A stretch of 61,746 bases of DNA from an uncultured Candidatus Cloacimonadota bacterium (GTDB lineage Bacteria; Cloacimonadota; Cloacimonadia; Cloacimonadales; Cloacimonadaceae). The notes beneath the pieces are model-generated. The model saw only the letters and a list, made by a program, of their open reading frames with translations. It was not told the DNA's origin and did no database searches. The stretch lies in assembly GCA_964482845.1 (NCBI GenBank), contig CAYZZE010000001.1:1-61746 (forward strand), read 5' to 3'. This document shows, piece after piece, positions 10,323-19,075 of the stretch. The position numbers and the translations under genes were made by a program. Each line of letters opens with the position of its first letter. Within the stretch, counting starts at the first letter, position 1.

Positions 10323-10475
10323 TGTATTCTCCTTCGTGACCGAACCAGCCGGTGCCCTTGCTCCAAGCCGTCATCTTCAACCGACGATTCTCCTGAGCAA
10401 GCCCCTTGATCCGCTCGGGCATGTGTTTTTTTACAGATATGATAGGCGGCAACGATCTCTTGGCAAGCTATTTGT

Positions 10476-10738
10476 CCTCCTTGCTTGATAACCTTAGTAT
10501 AACCTTACGACCGTAAGGTTATACTAAGGTTATGGAGCAGGAAGAACCCAGGCGGAAACACAGTCAGCTGGAATCTGGTCCTTCTCGAGACGGGTGAACA
10601 ATTCACAGCGATTGACATTACTGCTATATGCAAACCATCTGCCAGACATAATCCGATGTCATAAGGGGCTGCGCTGGAATGGAGAGACAGTATGTTATTT
10701 TCACGTTCCCGATATTTTGAGATTCCAGTATGTTAAAC
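10476..10738 (-). repeat. Composite intergenic repeat, copy 1 (inverted orientation, diverged)
   Basis: Hairpin core at 10488-10533 (ataaccttagtataaccttac gacc gtaaggttatactaaggttat) with one 11-nt unit per arm. The downstream 200 nt align by eye to the reverse complement of copy 2 (e.g. aaaccatctgccagacataatcc vs aaactatctgacaggcataatcc, and ctgcgctggaa shared). Confidence 0.8.
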
Positions 10739-10792
10739 GCTCTTCCACAAAAAAAGTCCTTGCATGGAACACTATTTGCGTTATCCTGTCAT

Positions 10793-10809
10793 ATACCCCC
10801 ATGGGGTAT
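10793..10809 (+). promoter_or_regulatory. Candidate CsoR operator: 7-bp arms ATACCCC / GGGGTAT separated by CAT
   Basis: atacccc-cat-ggggtat lies 14 nt upstream of the csoR-like ATG. The GC-tract inverted repeat is of the TACCC...GGGTA type known for CsoR operators. A possible sigma70-like promoter is TTGCAT (10760-10765), a 16-nt spacer and TATCCT (10782-10787). Confidence 0.5.
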
Positions 10810-10822
10810 GAAGGAGAACCAT

Positions 10823-11122
10823 ATGGAACATAATGAGTCCCAGCGTCGCAAGGCACATCATACTGATGTCTTCAAGCAAAAATTGCATAACCGCTTGAAA
10901 AGGATTGAAGGCCAGGTGAGAGGAATACAAAAGATGCTCGCCGGGGATGTGTATTGTGATGATATTGTGACCCAGATTGCCGCCACCCGCAGAGCATTGG
11001 CGTCTGTATCTAAGGAGCTGTTTGAAGCACATCTGAATTCATGCGTGCTGGAACAGATCCGATCCGGCTCCTCAGAAGTGCTGGACGAACTAAAAAAAAC
11101 CATCGCCCGAATGACAAAATAA
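10823..11122 (+). CDS. csoR: CsoR/RcnR-family metal-sensing transcriptional repressor (C-H-C, Cu(I)-type ligand pattern)
   Basis: 99 aa. LKRIEGQVRGIQKML...YCDDIVTQIAA...EAHLNSCV is the DUF156 pattern with Cys, His and Cys in the CsoR positions (H-x3-C). SD aaggaga lies 5 nt before ATG 10823. Confidence 0.8.
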   Translation: MEHNESQRRKAHHTDVFKQKLHNRLKRIEGQVRGIQKMLAGDVYCDDIVTQIAATRRALASVSKELFEAHLNSCVLEQIRSGSSEVLDELKKTIARMTK

Positions 11123-11135
11123 AAAGGAATCACAA

Positions 11136-11603
11136 ATGAAAAAAATCATCCTACTCACCGCCATCGCCTGGATAGCCCTGACCCTTGCCGCTCAACACTG
11201 TGGATCGTGCACCTCCCGTACGCAAGCCCAAACCACAAACAATAGCGTCCAGAATCCAAAATCCATCATTCCCGGTCCCAAAAAGGCGCACTGGATTGAC
11301 AGGGAACACTATGTGACCTACGAATGGAACAAACGCCCCAAAATCGGCACCTATATCCTATTGGTAAATGTATTTGATAAAGACAAGAAACGCGTGGATA
11401 ATCTTATCCTTACAGCCGATGCTTATATGCCATCCATGAAGGGTTCTCACGATACTGGAGATAAAGCCATGAAACTGAACAAAAAAGGTCAATACGTCAT
11501 CCCAGTATACTTTATGATGCTGGGTGACTGGGAAATTGAGCTGAAGTTTTCCAAAGGCAACAATCGCTTTGCAAATGCCTATGTAAAACTGGACATCAAA
11601 TAG
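11136..11603 (+). CDS. Secreted protein or lipoprotein, YtkA/FixH-like domain (tentative)
   Basis: Signal peptide MKKIILLTAIAWIALTLAA followed by a CGSC motif. Beta-sandwich-like C-terminal segment ILLVNVFDKDKK...GDWEIELKF. Operonic with csoR. Confidence 0.35.
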   Translation: MKKIILLTAIAWIALTLAAQHCGSCTSRTQAQTTNNSVQNPKSIIPGPKKAHWIDREHYVTYEWNKRPKIGTYILLVNVFDKDKKRVDNLILTADAYMPSMKGSHDTGDKAMKLNKKGQYVIPVYFMMLGDWEIELKFSKGNNRFANAYVKLDIK

Positions 11604-11613
11604 GGATGCCGCC

Positions 11614-12627
11614 ATGAGGTATTACACTCTAACCGGTCTCCGGTTTGTGCCATTGCTTTTGACGCTGCTGCTTGCCTATGCTCCATATGCCGTCAACGCA
11701 CAAAGCAATATCCTCTTCTTTGAGGCTCAGGGGGTTCTGTCATATACAGACCCCCCCTCAAGCTGGCAGGCATATTCACATCATCCTCACGACGCCATGC
11801 AAAAACCCTCGCTGGGTATAGATTATCTGGGCAGAATCAGAGCAAAGTCCACAGATTTGGGATATATGTCTCTCCAGATCCGGCTTGCATATGACGAATC
11901 TGAACCCAACAAGGTTCAGCCTCAGGTTTACAATGCTTTTATAAACTGGAAGACACCTGTGTCAGATTTATGGATTGGCCACAACAAAACAGCCATCGGC
12001 TTAAACTCCTATCTGGACAATCATGCTCTTCTGCTTGCAGACAACACCATGAGCGGATTGAACTTTGACCGGGATTGGGGTGCAGGACTTAAGCATGATG
12101 GTGGGTGGTGGAATATGGACCTTTCTGCCGGAACCGGATCCGGTATGCCCTTGTATCTGGGAGAAAACTACCTGCTGGCTGCCAGGATGGGTTGGGGAGA
12201 TTATTCCCGCAATAATGCCACCATAGGCCTTTCGGCTGCCACGGGAAATGTCCTCAAAAGCATGGGCTACACTGTGATGCACAACAACAAAAAACACCCG
12301 CTTCACCTCGGTGGTTTCGATCTTGGGCTACGATATCTGAATTTTGACATAAAAGCGGATCTGCTGCATGGATCATATGACGGTGATCCGGCTTATGCTT
12401 ATTTAGCCCGGAGCGCATATTACCTGTTACCCGAAGATAGGGCAAATATTGAACTTCAATTACAGGCAAATGATCTCAAGGGCACAAAAAGCACCACCTA
12501 TTCTGCTGGTCTGACTTATCGGATCACGCCGGATATCACTCTTCGCAGCACATATAACCTCAAAGAGCCCACCGATACTCATACCATCGCTCTGCAAGCG
12601 TATTTTTACAAAGGAATCGTTTTTTAA
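11614..12627 (+). CDS. Outer-membrane beta-barrel (porin-like) protein
   Basis: Signal peptide ending AVNA-Q. Alternating amphipathic strands. C-terminal ...LQAYFYKGIVF has the terminal Phe typical of BAM substrates. Confidence 0.5.
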   Translation: MRYYTLTGLRFVPLLLTLLLAYAPYAVNAQSNILFFEAQGVLSYTDPPSSWQAYSHHPHDAMQKPSLGIDYLGRIRAKSTDLGYMSLQIRLAYDESEPNKVQPQVYNAFINWKTPVSDLWIGHNKTAIGLNSYLDNHALLLADNTMSGLNFDRDWGAGLKHDGGWWNMDLSAGTGSGMPLYLGENYLLAARMGWGDYSRNNATIGLSAATGNVLKSMGYTVMHNNKKHPLHLGGFDLGLRYLNFDIKADLLHGSYDGDPAYAYLARSAYYLLPEDRANIELQLQANDLKGTKSTTYSAGLTYRITPDITLRSTYNLKEPTDTHTIALQAYFYKGIVF

Positions 12628-12645
12628 ACAATCAAGGGATACATC

Positions 12646-13254
12646 ATGAACAAATTATACATCCTCATTCTAACGTTGCTGATAATGTTGCCCCTACACG
12701 CAGCAGTGGGTTGCGATTTGAACGACCCAAACAGAGACGTAAAAAGACTTTTCCCGGCTTCCACCGGATTCAAAACCTATTATCGCTCCATCACCAAAGA
12801 CGGCGGTAAAGACCTATTGGAGAAAATTGAAAAGCGCCTTGGCGACAAATTTACGGGGCTGTTCGAAACCATCGATGTCCCCTATACTCTTTACGAGATA
12901 TACCGTGACAATCGAATAATCGGTTACATCCACGGTGTAAATCAAAAAGGCCGTTATGGAGGATTACAGTTATTTTTGGCTTTTGATACCGGAGGAACTA
13001 TCCTCAGCATGTATATACAGAGGATCAGCGGAAAAAATTCCCGCCGTTTCCGGGACGGCGCTTTTACAGATCAGTTTAATGGACTAAACCTCAGAGATTT
13101 TGATTCCTGGAATATCAAAACCCGCTCCGGCACCGGAAAGTTGGCAGGCATCAAAAATCCCGCACCCACTGATGAGGATTTTTATAACATCATGAGGGGA
13201 TTGAAAAAGAACCTGGTCTTAATGAATCACTTTGGTTATTGGAACCCCAGATAG
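12646..13254 (+). CDS. Periplasmic lipoprotein-like protein with a degenerate FMN_bind-like fold (tentative)
   Basis: Signal peptide with Cys (LHAAVGC). IGYIHGVNQKGRYGGLQLFLAFDTGGTILSMYIQ resembles the FMN-binding domain core, but the usual flavinylated Thr/Ser motif was not seen. Confidence 0.3.
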   Translation: MNKLYILILTLLIMLPLHAAVGCDLNDPNRDVKRLFPASTGFKTYYRSITKDGGKDLLEKIEKRLGDKFTGLFETIDVPYTLYEIYRDNRIIGYIHGVNQKGRYGGLQLFLAFDTGGTILSMYIQRISGKNSRRFRDGAFTDQFNGLNLRDFDSWNIKTRSGTGKLAGIKNPAPTDEDFYNIMRGLKKNLVLMNHFGYWNPR

Positions 13255-13264
13255 AGGAACGGAC

Positions 13265-14461
13265 ATGCCAAACATCACTACCATAGCATACAAAAACTTA
13301 CGTCGTAAAAAAGTGCGCAGCATCCTTACCCTCTTTGGAATAGCCCTGTCCACCTGGGTTCTGATAAGTTTGCTGGGCTTTAACCAAGGATATGAGAAAT
13401 CGCTGAATGACGATATTGACAACCTGGGATTCCAGGTTTTACTCACCGCCAAGGGCTGTCCTTATGAAGCCGCCACCCTTATGATGCAGGGTGGAGCGGG
13501 CTTAAGATATTTGCCGGATACGGTATTGAATGATCTGAAAGCTCATCCTGAAGTAGTGGGGCTTACACCCATGTTGATGCAGGCAGTATTTGATCCACTC
13601 GTCGGCGAACATGGAGGCATAGCGGCTTATACCGGAGTGGATCCCCTCACTTTCCCATCTATGAAAACTTACCTGGATTTTGCCCAAGGTAAGTGGTTTA
13701 CAGACCCGTTTGCCCTGGAAGCCGTAATTGGCTACGAGGCTGCTGAATTGGAGCAAAGAGAAGTGGGAGACATGCTGCTTATTCCCGAACATGAAGTGGA
13801 ACTGAAAGTGGTGGGAATCCTAAACCGCAGCGGCACCCAGGACGACGGCACCATATTTGTGCCCTACAAAGCCCTTCAAAACGTTTTTGGCGTTCAGGGC
13901 ATGCTAACTTCCATAGGGATCAAGGTCCATCAGGATGCCGATATGAGCGCCTTTGAGGAAAAACTCTATGACCTCCCGGATGTTCAGGTAGTTTCCATGG
14001 TACAGGTAAAAAATACCATTTCCAATTTGGTGGGTACTGCTCGCATCATGATAATGTCCATTGCCCTCATTGCCATCCTCATTGCCATGATTGGTGTGAT
14101 GAATACCATTCTAATGTCTGTACTGGAGCGATATCAGGAAATCGGTATTATGAAATCCATGGGCGCCGGATCCCGCCAGATTTTTCGGCTCATCTGGACT
14201 GAAACTGTTATCATTTGCCTGGTGGGAGGAATTATGGGGGCACTGCTGGCAATTGGGCTGGCAGCTTTTACAGAAGCGATGATCAGATATATCCTGCCTT
14301 TTTCTCCCAAGGGCTCTCTGATCCTGATCGATTTTTCATTGGTGATCCGCTCCTTGGGTATTATCGTGGGGATCGGGCTTCTTAGCGGTATTTACCCCGC
14401 TTTCCGAGCATCACGGATAAAGCCGATAGAGGCTATCCGCCATAGCGAGGGGGAATTATGA
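13265..14461 (+). CDS. ABC transporter permease, FtsX/MacB type
   Basis: N-terminus IAYKNLRRKKVRSILTLFGIALS, a large extracytoplasmic domain, then a C-terminal FtsX 3-TM block (...ERYQEIGIMKSMGA...). ATG 13265 was chosen inside ORF 13232..14461. Confidence 0.85.
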   Translation: MPNITTIAYKNLRRKKVRSILTLFGIALSTWVLISLLGFNQGYEKSLNDDIDNLGFQVLLTAKGCPYEAATLMMQGGAGLRYLPDTVLNDLKAHPEVVGLTPMLMQAVFDPLVGEHGGIAAYTGVDPLTFPSMKTYLDFAQGKWFTDPFALEAVIGYEAAELEQREVGDMLLIPEHEVELKVVGILNRSGTQDDGTIFVPYKALQNVFGVQGMLTSIGIKVHQDADMSAFEEKLYDLPDVQVVSMVQVKNTISNLVGTARIMIMSIALIAILIAMIGVMNTILMSVLERYQEIGIMKSMGAGSRQIFRLIWTETVIICLVGGIMGALLAIGLAAFTEAMIRYILPFSPKGSLILIDFSLVIRSLGIIVGIGLLSGIYPAFRASRIKPIEAIRHSEGEL

Positions 14462-15138
14462 ACATCATCAGGGCAAGAAATATCAGCAAGATTTACCTGC
14501 GCGGTGCTGAAGCAATTGCAGCCGTAAACGGAATTGATATAGAGATTGAGGCCGGTGAATTTGTGTCTTTCACAGGTGCGTCGGGATCCGGAAAAACTAC
14601 TTTGATCCATTTGCTGGGATGCTTGGAAAATCCGTCCGGCGGAACTTTGGCCATAAATGATACCACTGTCTTTGAAGAGGGAAAAGCCATGCCCGAAAGC
14701 AAACTAAACCTGGTGAGAAGAGTTCATTTTGGTTACATCTTCCAAAAGTTTTACCTGATACCCACTCTCACCGTTGCTGAAAACATCCGGGTTCCTTTTG
14801 CATTTCACCGAAATGCCGGAGCAAACTCAAACGTGCATGACATTGCCTCAATGTTGGGCATTGAAAAGAGGCTAAATCATCTCCCAAAAGAGATTTCCGG
14901 AGGAGAGATGCAGCGCGTGGCCATTGCCAGAGCGCTGATAAACAATCCCAAGGTTCTGCTCGCTGATGAACCCACCGGGAATCTGGACAGCAAACGTAGT
15001 GACGAGATTGCCGATATCCTATCACACCTGAACCGCGAAAAACGGATCACCGTTATTCTCGTGACTCACAATCTCAACCTGGCAAAAAGAGCCGGCAGAA
15101 TACTGGACTTACGCGACGGAAGAATACTGCAATCTTAA
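14458..15138 (+). CDS. ABC transporter ATP-binding protein (MacB/LolD-like)
   Basis: Walker A GASGSGKTT, signature LSGGEMQRVAIARAL, Walker B LLADEPTGNLD. ATGA start/stop overlap with the permease gene. Confidence 0.92.
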   Translation: MNIIRARNISKIYLRGAEAIAAVNGIDIEIEAGEFVSFTGASGSGKTTLIHLLGCLENPSGGTLAINDTTVFEEGKAMPESKLNLVRRVHFGYIFQKFYLIPTLTVAENIRVPFAFHRNAGANSNVHDIASMLGIEKRLNHLPKEISGGEMQRVAIARALINNPKVLLADEPTGNLDSKRSDEIADILSHLNREKRITVILVTHNLNLAKRAGRILDLRDGRILQS

Positions 15139-15174
15139 ATAGGCAGTGATATCTGCAATTAGATTTCAAAGTGC

Positions 15175-15482
15175 GTTGCACATACGGGAATCACCATATT
15201 TTGAGACCGTGAAAAACAAAATCGTCGCTCCTTCCAGCGCAGTCAGTATTAGCTAAGGATTATGCCTGTCAGATAGTTTGGATACTCGTTGAGTCAACCG
15301 CTCCGAGTTGTTTAACGGTCTCAAGAAGGTTTAGATTCAAGCGGAATAGTGCTTTCTCCTGCATTCTCCCTGCTTCATAACCTTAGTATAACCTTACGGT
15401 CGTAAGGTTATACTAAGGTTATACTAAGGTTATCAAGCAAGGAGGATAGTTAAGTCAACTCTCTGATTTATTCAACGGTCTT
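15175..15482 (+). repeat. Composite intergenic repeat, copy 2 (reference copy): modules M1-M2-hairpin-M3
   Basis: M1 is gttgcacatacgggaatcacc... (15175-15260). M2 is ggattatgcctgtcagatagtttgg...ctcctgcattc (15258-15364). The hairpin spans 15365-15446 (left arm has one aaccttagtat unit, right arm has two atactaaggtt units, loop ggtc). M3 is tagttaagtcaactctctgatttattcaacggtc (15447-15482). It lies between convergent genes. Confidence 0.85.
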
Positions 15483-15554
15483 TTCCGATGTCACCTTCTC
15501 GCTTGGGGTTTCAGTTTTGCCCATTTGATCTCGTTGTGCAGGCTTTTGCGCCCC

Positions 15555-18023
15555 TTACATACGGATCAGGGCAAATTTTCCGCGGCGGGTAGTGGAGGAA
15601 GATCCGGAGATCAAGTAGTAATAAACGCCGGAGGAGGCATCTTTGCCGGCTTTGTTTTTGCCGTTCCAATGGAAACGTCCGAATTCATTGATATCGAGTT
15701 TGATTACGAGGTCGCCGGTGCTGTTGTAGATATGACATGTCCTGACATCGGCGGGGAAGTGTGCGTCGGGAAAGTTATTGATACGGATGAATCCGTCACG
15801 GGATGGCGAGAAGGGATTGGGAAAGGCGATCACTGTTTGAATGAATTGGGCGGTTTTGATCGAGCGTCCGATCTCCAAACGATTTACGCCATCGGGAGTT
15901 CCGATGATCAAGTATCCGCCCACAGGGTCATATTCGAGGGCGGTCACGTAGTTTGAGAGCAAGGGTGACACGCTCATATAATAATTGGCAAATCGTTCGC
16001 TAACAGGATCATACATGGAAAAGCCATTGCCTACGCTTCCGATCCAAAGACGGTTGAAAGGATCGAGCTGGAGGGCGGTGGGAGAGGTGCGCACCGATCC
16101 AAAGAGGCGCTCCTCGTCCACGTAATAAAGGATGTCGTTTTCCCAGTCAGCGTTGCCCCATCGGCGTCTTTTAATATCGGTATCGTATTTATACCAATGG
16201 GTTTCATTCCACATAAAGAGTCCGGTGCTGGCCGCGATCCAGTGTTGCCTTTCACCCCATCGGGTTGTAAGGGTCGCCACTTCATAGACAATGCAATTGT
16301 TGAGATCGGAGGGTGGTGGTATGAGCCAGTGTTCGCCACCGGTCACCGGTAGCGAATTGTGGTTCCAGATGACCAGTCCGCGGTCGTTATTGGTGCCGAT
16401 AAAGTACTTATTACCGCTGTGATAGAGATAAACAACGGCTTGCAGGGGGCTATTGGGGATGGTGAAGGTAGTCAGGAGATTGTAGTTGTTATCAAAGACA
16501 TTGACGCCGTCGGTGTAACTTGCGACCAAGATACGGTTATTTTGATCGAGAGCAATATCGCCGATAGTATTGCCAAGCAATCTGGGCGATCCGGGGATAA
16601 CGGACAACCATTCCAAGTTCTCGGGATCCCAGTTCTGGACGCCTTGGCGGGAAAAACGCTGCCAGGTATCGGTTTCATCGTCGTAAACGGTGATCCCAAG
16701 CATCCAGTTTGAGGGGCTTAAGGGTGAAACGTCCCAAGGTCCGAACCACTTCTTGTTGTTGCCGTCCACCGCGACGCAGAGAACATTATCGGCAGTAAGC
16801 GGACTATTCTCCACGTTGAAGGTCTGCCATTGATCGCCATCAAGCACGGAAAACCCCAATGTGCCCTTGCGGACGATGCCAGGTCCCTGATTGCCGCTAC
16901 CGAACCAGATCTTGTGATTTTTGTCCACGGCGATGTCACTTATCTTGGGGAAGCCGACGCAATTGGAACGGTAATTTTGCCATTGGTCGCCTGACTTTCG
17001 GTAAACCCCACCGCCCCATGATGCGAGGTAAAGTTCCACGCCATAATTCACGATACGGCTGATGACGGATGAATGTAAGCCATTGGTGTTGGATGTAATG
17101 TGCTGGATCATGCCATCGGGCTGGATCACCGATAGGAGTTGGTCAGTATTGCGCTGGAAAATGAGATTGTTTTCGTTCCATACTCCATAAGCGGCCCAGA
17201 TATATCCGGCGGTGTCCATCCCCACCGCCGACAGCGGATGATTGATCAATCCCTGGGTTGCGGAGAATAAAGTCCATCCCTGTTCCGCCGGATCGAGGGA
17301 ACGTTTGAGCACCGTAGCACCGAAGGCAAGACAGAGATCGGTCTCATTGGCGGCGAGCATCACAGGATTTCCATCGATCACCGGAGAGTTTAAACTGTTC
17401 CACTTTCGCCAGGAACTGTCAAAATCCAGGGAGTCCACATGGACATAACTAACGCTGATATCTGTAGCAAGATAAAGGTAACCCTGAGGTGAGAGGAGCA
17501 TATCCACGATATTGTTTGAGGATAGTCCGCCGGCGGTATTTTGGACGGTGTAGCGTTGGAGCAACAAAGGAAAAGACACCCCCGGCAGATAGTAGAAAAG
17601 AGACAGACCCTGATCGGTGGCGACGAAGGTTGAGGAGCCGCTTTCGATGATGCGGTTGACCCGATTGGAGGGGAGTCCATTACTGGTATTGATGATCTGC
17701 TTTGATCCATTTCCGATAATGGTTATGCCCTTATCGTATGATCCCAGCCAGATATTTTCCGATGAGGATACATAGGTTACGGTGCGGACGTCATTGGAGA
17801 CAATGCCGTCACTGGTCGTCCACCGTGTCTGGGACAAATCCTGCGTCCAATTCAGGCTTCCGGCATCATTGAGCTGAACCAATCCGCCCCAAGTGCTGAA
17901 ATAGACATCATTATCACTCACCATGAGGTCAAAGACATAGGTGGTATTCGTATCGGTCAACCAAGTGGTGGAAATTAACGGGACACACATCAGGAGTGTG
18001 AGCATTACATAGATACGGATCAT
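15555..18023 (-). CDS. Secreted beta-propeller (two-component-regulator-propeller-like repeats) protein with a T9SS-type C-terminal sorting domain
   Basis: Signal peptide MIRIYVMLTLLMCVPLIS. Many W.G(T/S)..G(L/V) propeller-like repeats. C-terminus AFPNPFSP...SSGVYYYLISG...RGKFALIRM. Its ATG overlaps the upstream stop (ATGA). Confidence 0.7.
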   Translation of the reverse strand: MIRIYVMLTLLMCVPLISTTWLTDTNTTYVFDLMVSDNDVYFSTWGGLVQLNDAGSLNWTQDLSQTRWTTSDGIVSNDVRTVTYVSSSENIWLGSYDKGITIIGNGSKQIINTSNGLPSNRVNRIIESGSSTFVATDQGLSLFYYLPGVSFPLLLQRYTVQNTAGGLSSNNIVDMLLSPQGYLYLATDISVSYVHVDSLDFDSSWRKWNSLNSPVIDGNPVMLAANETDLCLAFGATVLKRSLDPAEQGWTLFSATQGLINHPLSAVGMDTAGYIWAAYGVWNENNLIFQRNTDQLLSVIQPDGMIQHITSNTNGLHSSVISRIVNYGVELYLASWGGGVYRKSGDQWQNYRSNCVGFPKISDIAVDKNHKIWFGSGNQGPGIVRKGTLGFSVLDGDQWQTFNVENSPLTADNVLCVAVDGNNKKWFGPWDVSPLSPSNWMLGITVYDDETDTWQRFSRQGVQNWDPENLEWLSVIPGSPRLLGNTIGDIALDQNNRILVASYTDGVNVFDNNYNLLTTFTIPNSPLQAVVYLYHSGNKYFIGTNNDRGLVIWNHNSLPVTGGEHWLIPPPSDLNNCIVYEVATLTTRWGERQHWIAASTGLFMWNETHWYKYDTDIKRRRWGNADWENDILYYVDEERLFGSVRTSPTALQLDPFNRLWIGSVGNGFSMYDPVSERFANYYMSVSPLLSNYVTALEYDPVGGYLIIGTPDGVNRLEIGRSIKTAQFIQTVIAFPNPFSPSRDGFIRINNFPDAHFPADVRTCHIYNSTGDLVIKLDINEFGRFHWNGKNKAGKDASSGVYYYLISGSSSTTRRGKFALIRM

Positions 18024-19075
18024 TGACGTTTCTCCTTGTGTAACAAAATGTAAGCGACGATCACGCAAACCATCATCAAGACGATAAGGATGGAAAAGAG
18101 CAGTTTGCGCGAGGAAAGTGCAAAGCCGGTAGCAACAAGACCGAAAAGGCAGGTTACGCCATATAGGATGAGGGCGATCGACTTGTGGGAGAGGCCGGCG
18201 GAAAGCATGATATGATGGAGATGCGATCTATCCGGTTTGAAGATATTGCCTTTGCCCAGTCGGCGAAATACCGCCAGGACGACATCAATAACCGGGATGG
18301 ACATTACAGTGATGGGGACGATGATGGTCAGAGTGGTAATCCCTTTGTATTGAGCGGTTCCGGCACTTGCCAGCGCTGCCAGGTTGAGTCCGATAAAGAT
18401 GGCACCGGTATCACCCATGAAAATCCGGGCGGGGTGAAAGTTGTATCTCAGAAACGCCAGATTGCCGGCGATCAAGAGAGAGGTGAGAGCCACTACAGTC
18501 AGATTGAAATCCCGAATACCAAAGACCAGCAGAACGGCAGCGGAAATTATGGCGATTCCACTTGCCAAGCCATCAATTCCGTCGATGAAATTGATCGCAT
18601 TGATAATGACGACATACCAAAGGACTGTGACGGGCATTGAGAGCCATCCGAGATCGATCGTGGCGCCCAAAGGATTGGTGAGTTGCGTCACTCTATAACC
18701 CAATTCATACATAGCCAGTCCGATCCCGATCTGCCAGAGGATCTTAAACCGGGCACGGCTCTCATATTTGTCATCAAAGAGTCCGAGCATAAGAGCAATA
18801 ATACCCACAACGCCGACGCCAAGAAGGTTTTTGGCAAATTCCGGATGTGCCCGGAGGTTGATAAATCCGATAAGGATCTGGGCGAAAACGATCATCAAAC
18901 CAAAGGACAATCCGCCTGCCTCGGGTTGGGTATGTAAATGGATGCGGCGCTCGTCCGGCTTTGCCATAAATCCGTAGCGCAGGGAAAAGCGGATATTGAG
19001 AGGGATCAGCAACAGAGAGGCAATAAAGACAAATGCGGCAGTAATGACGATCTGCCAGATCAGATACAGAGGCAT
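18020..19075 (-). CDS. Polyprenyl-phosphate N-acetylhexosamine-1-phosphate transferase (MraY/WecA family, glycosyltransferase family 4)
   Basis: About 10 TM helices. Motifs LGLFDDKYE and NAINFIDGIDGLA are typical of WecA/MraY. Start 19075 (MPLYLIW...) overlaps the upstream stop by 1 nt. Confidence 0.85.
   Translation of the reverse strand: MPLYLIWQIVITAAFVFIASLLLIPLNIRFSLRYGFMAKPDERRIHLHTQPEAGGLSFGLMIVFAQILIGFINLRAHPEFAKNLLGVGVVGIIALMLGLFDDKYESRARFKILWQIGIGLAMYELGYRVTQLTNPLGATIDLGWLSMPVTVLWYVVIINAINFIDGIDGLASGIAIISAAVLLVFGIRDFNLTVVALTSLLIAGNLAFLRYNFHPARIFMGDTGAIFIGLNLAALASAGTAQYKGITTLTIIVPITVMSIPVIDVVLAVFRRLGKGNIFKPDRSHLHHIMLSAGLSHKSIALILYGVTCLFGLVATGFALSSRKLLFSILIVLMMVCVIVAYILLHKEKRQ

Noticed and set aside
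15365-15446. SD-like aaggagg at the 3' side of each hairpin, considered as a start signal for a hidden small ORF
   Set aside because: No ATG/GTG with a conserved reading frame follows at a suitable distance in the different copies. The motif is simply the complement of the cctcc in the opposite arm.
15525-15956. 143-aa plus-strand ORF at the end of the beta-propeller gene
   Set aside because: It is antisense to the conserved T9SS C-terminal domain coding region. Gly/Val-rich shadow frame.
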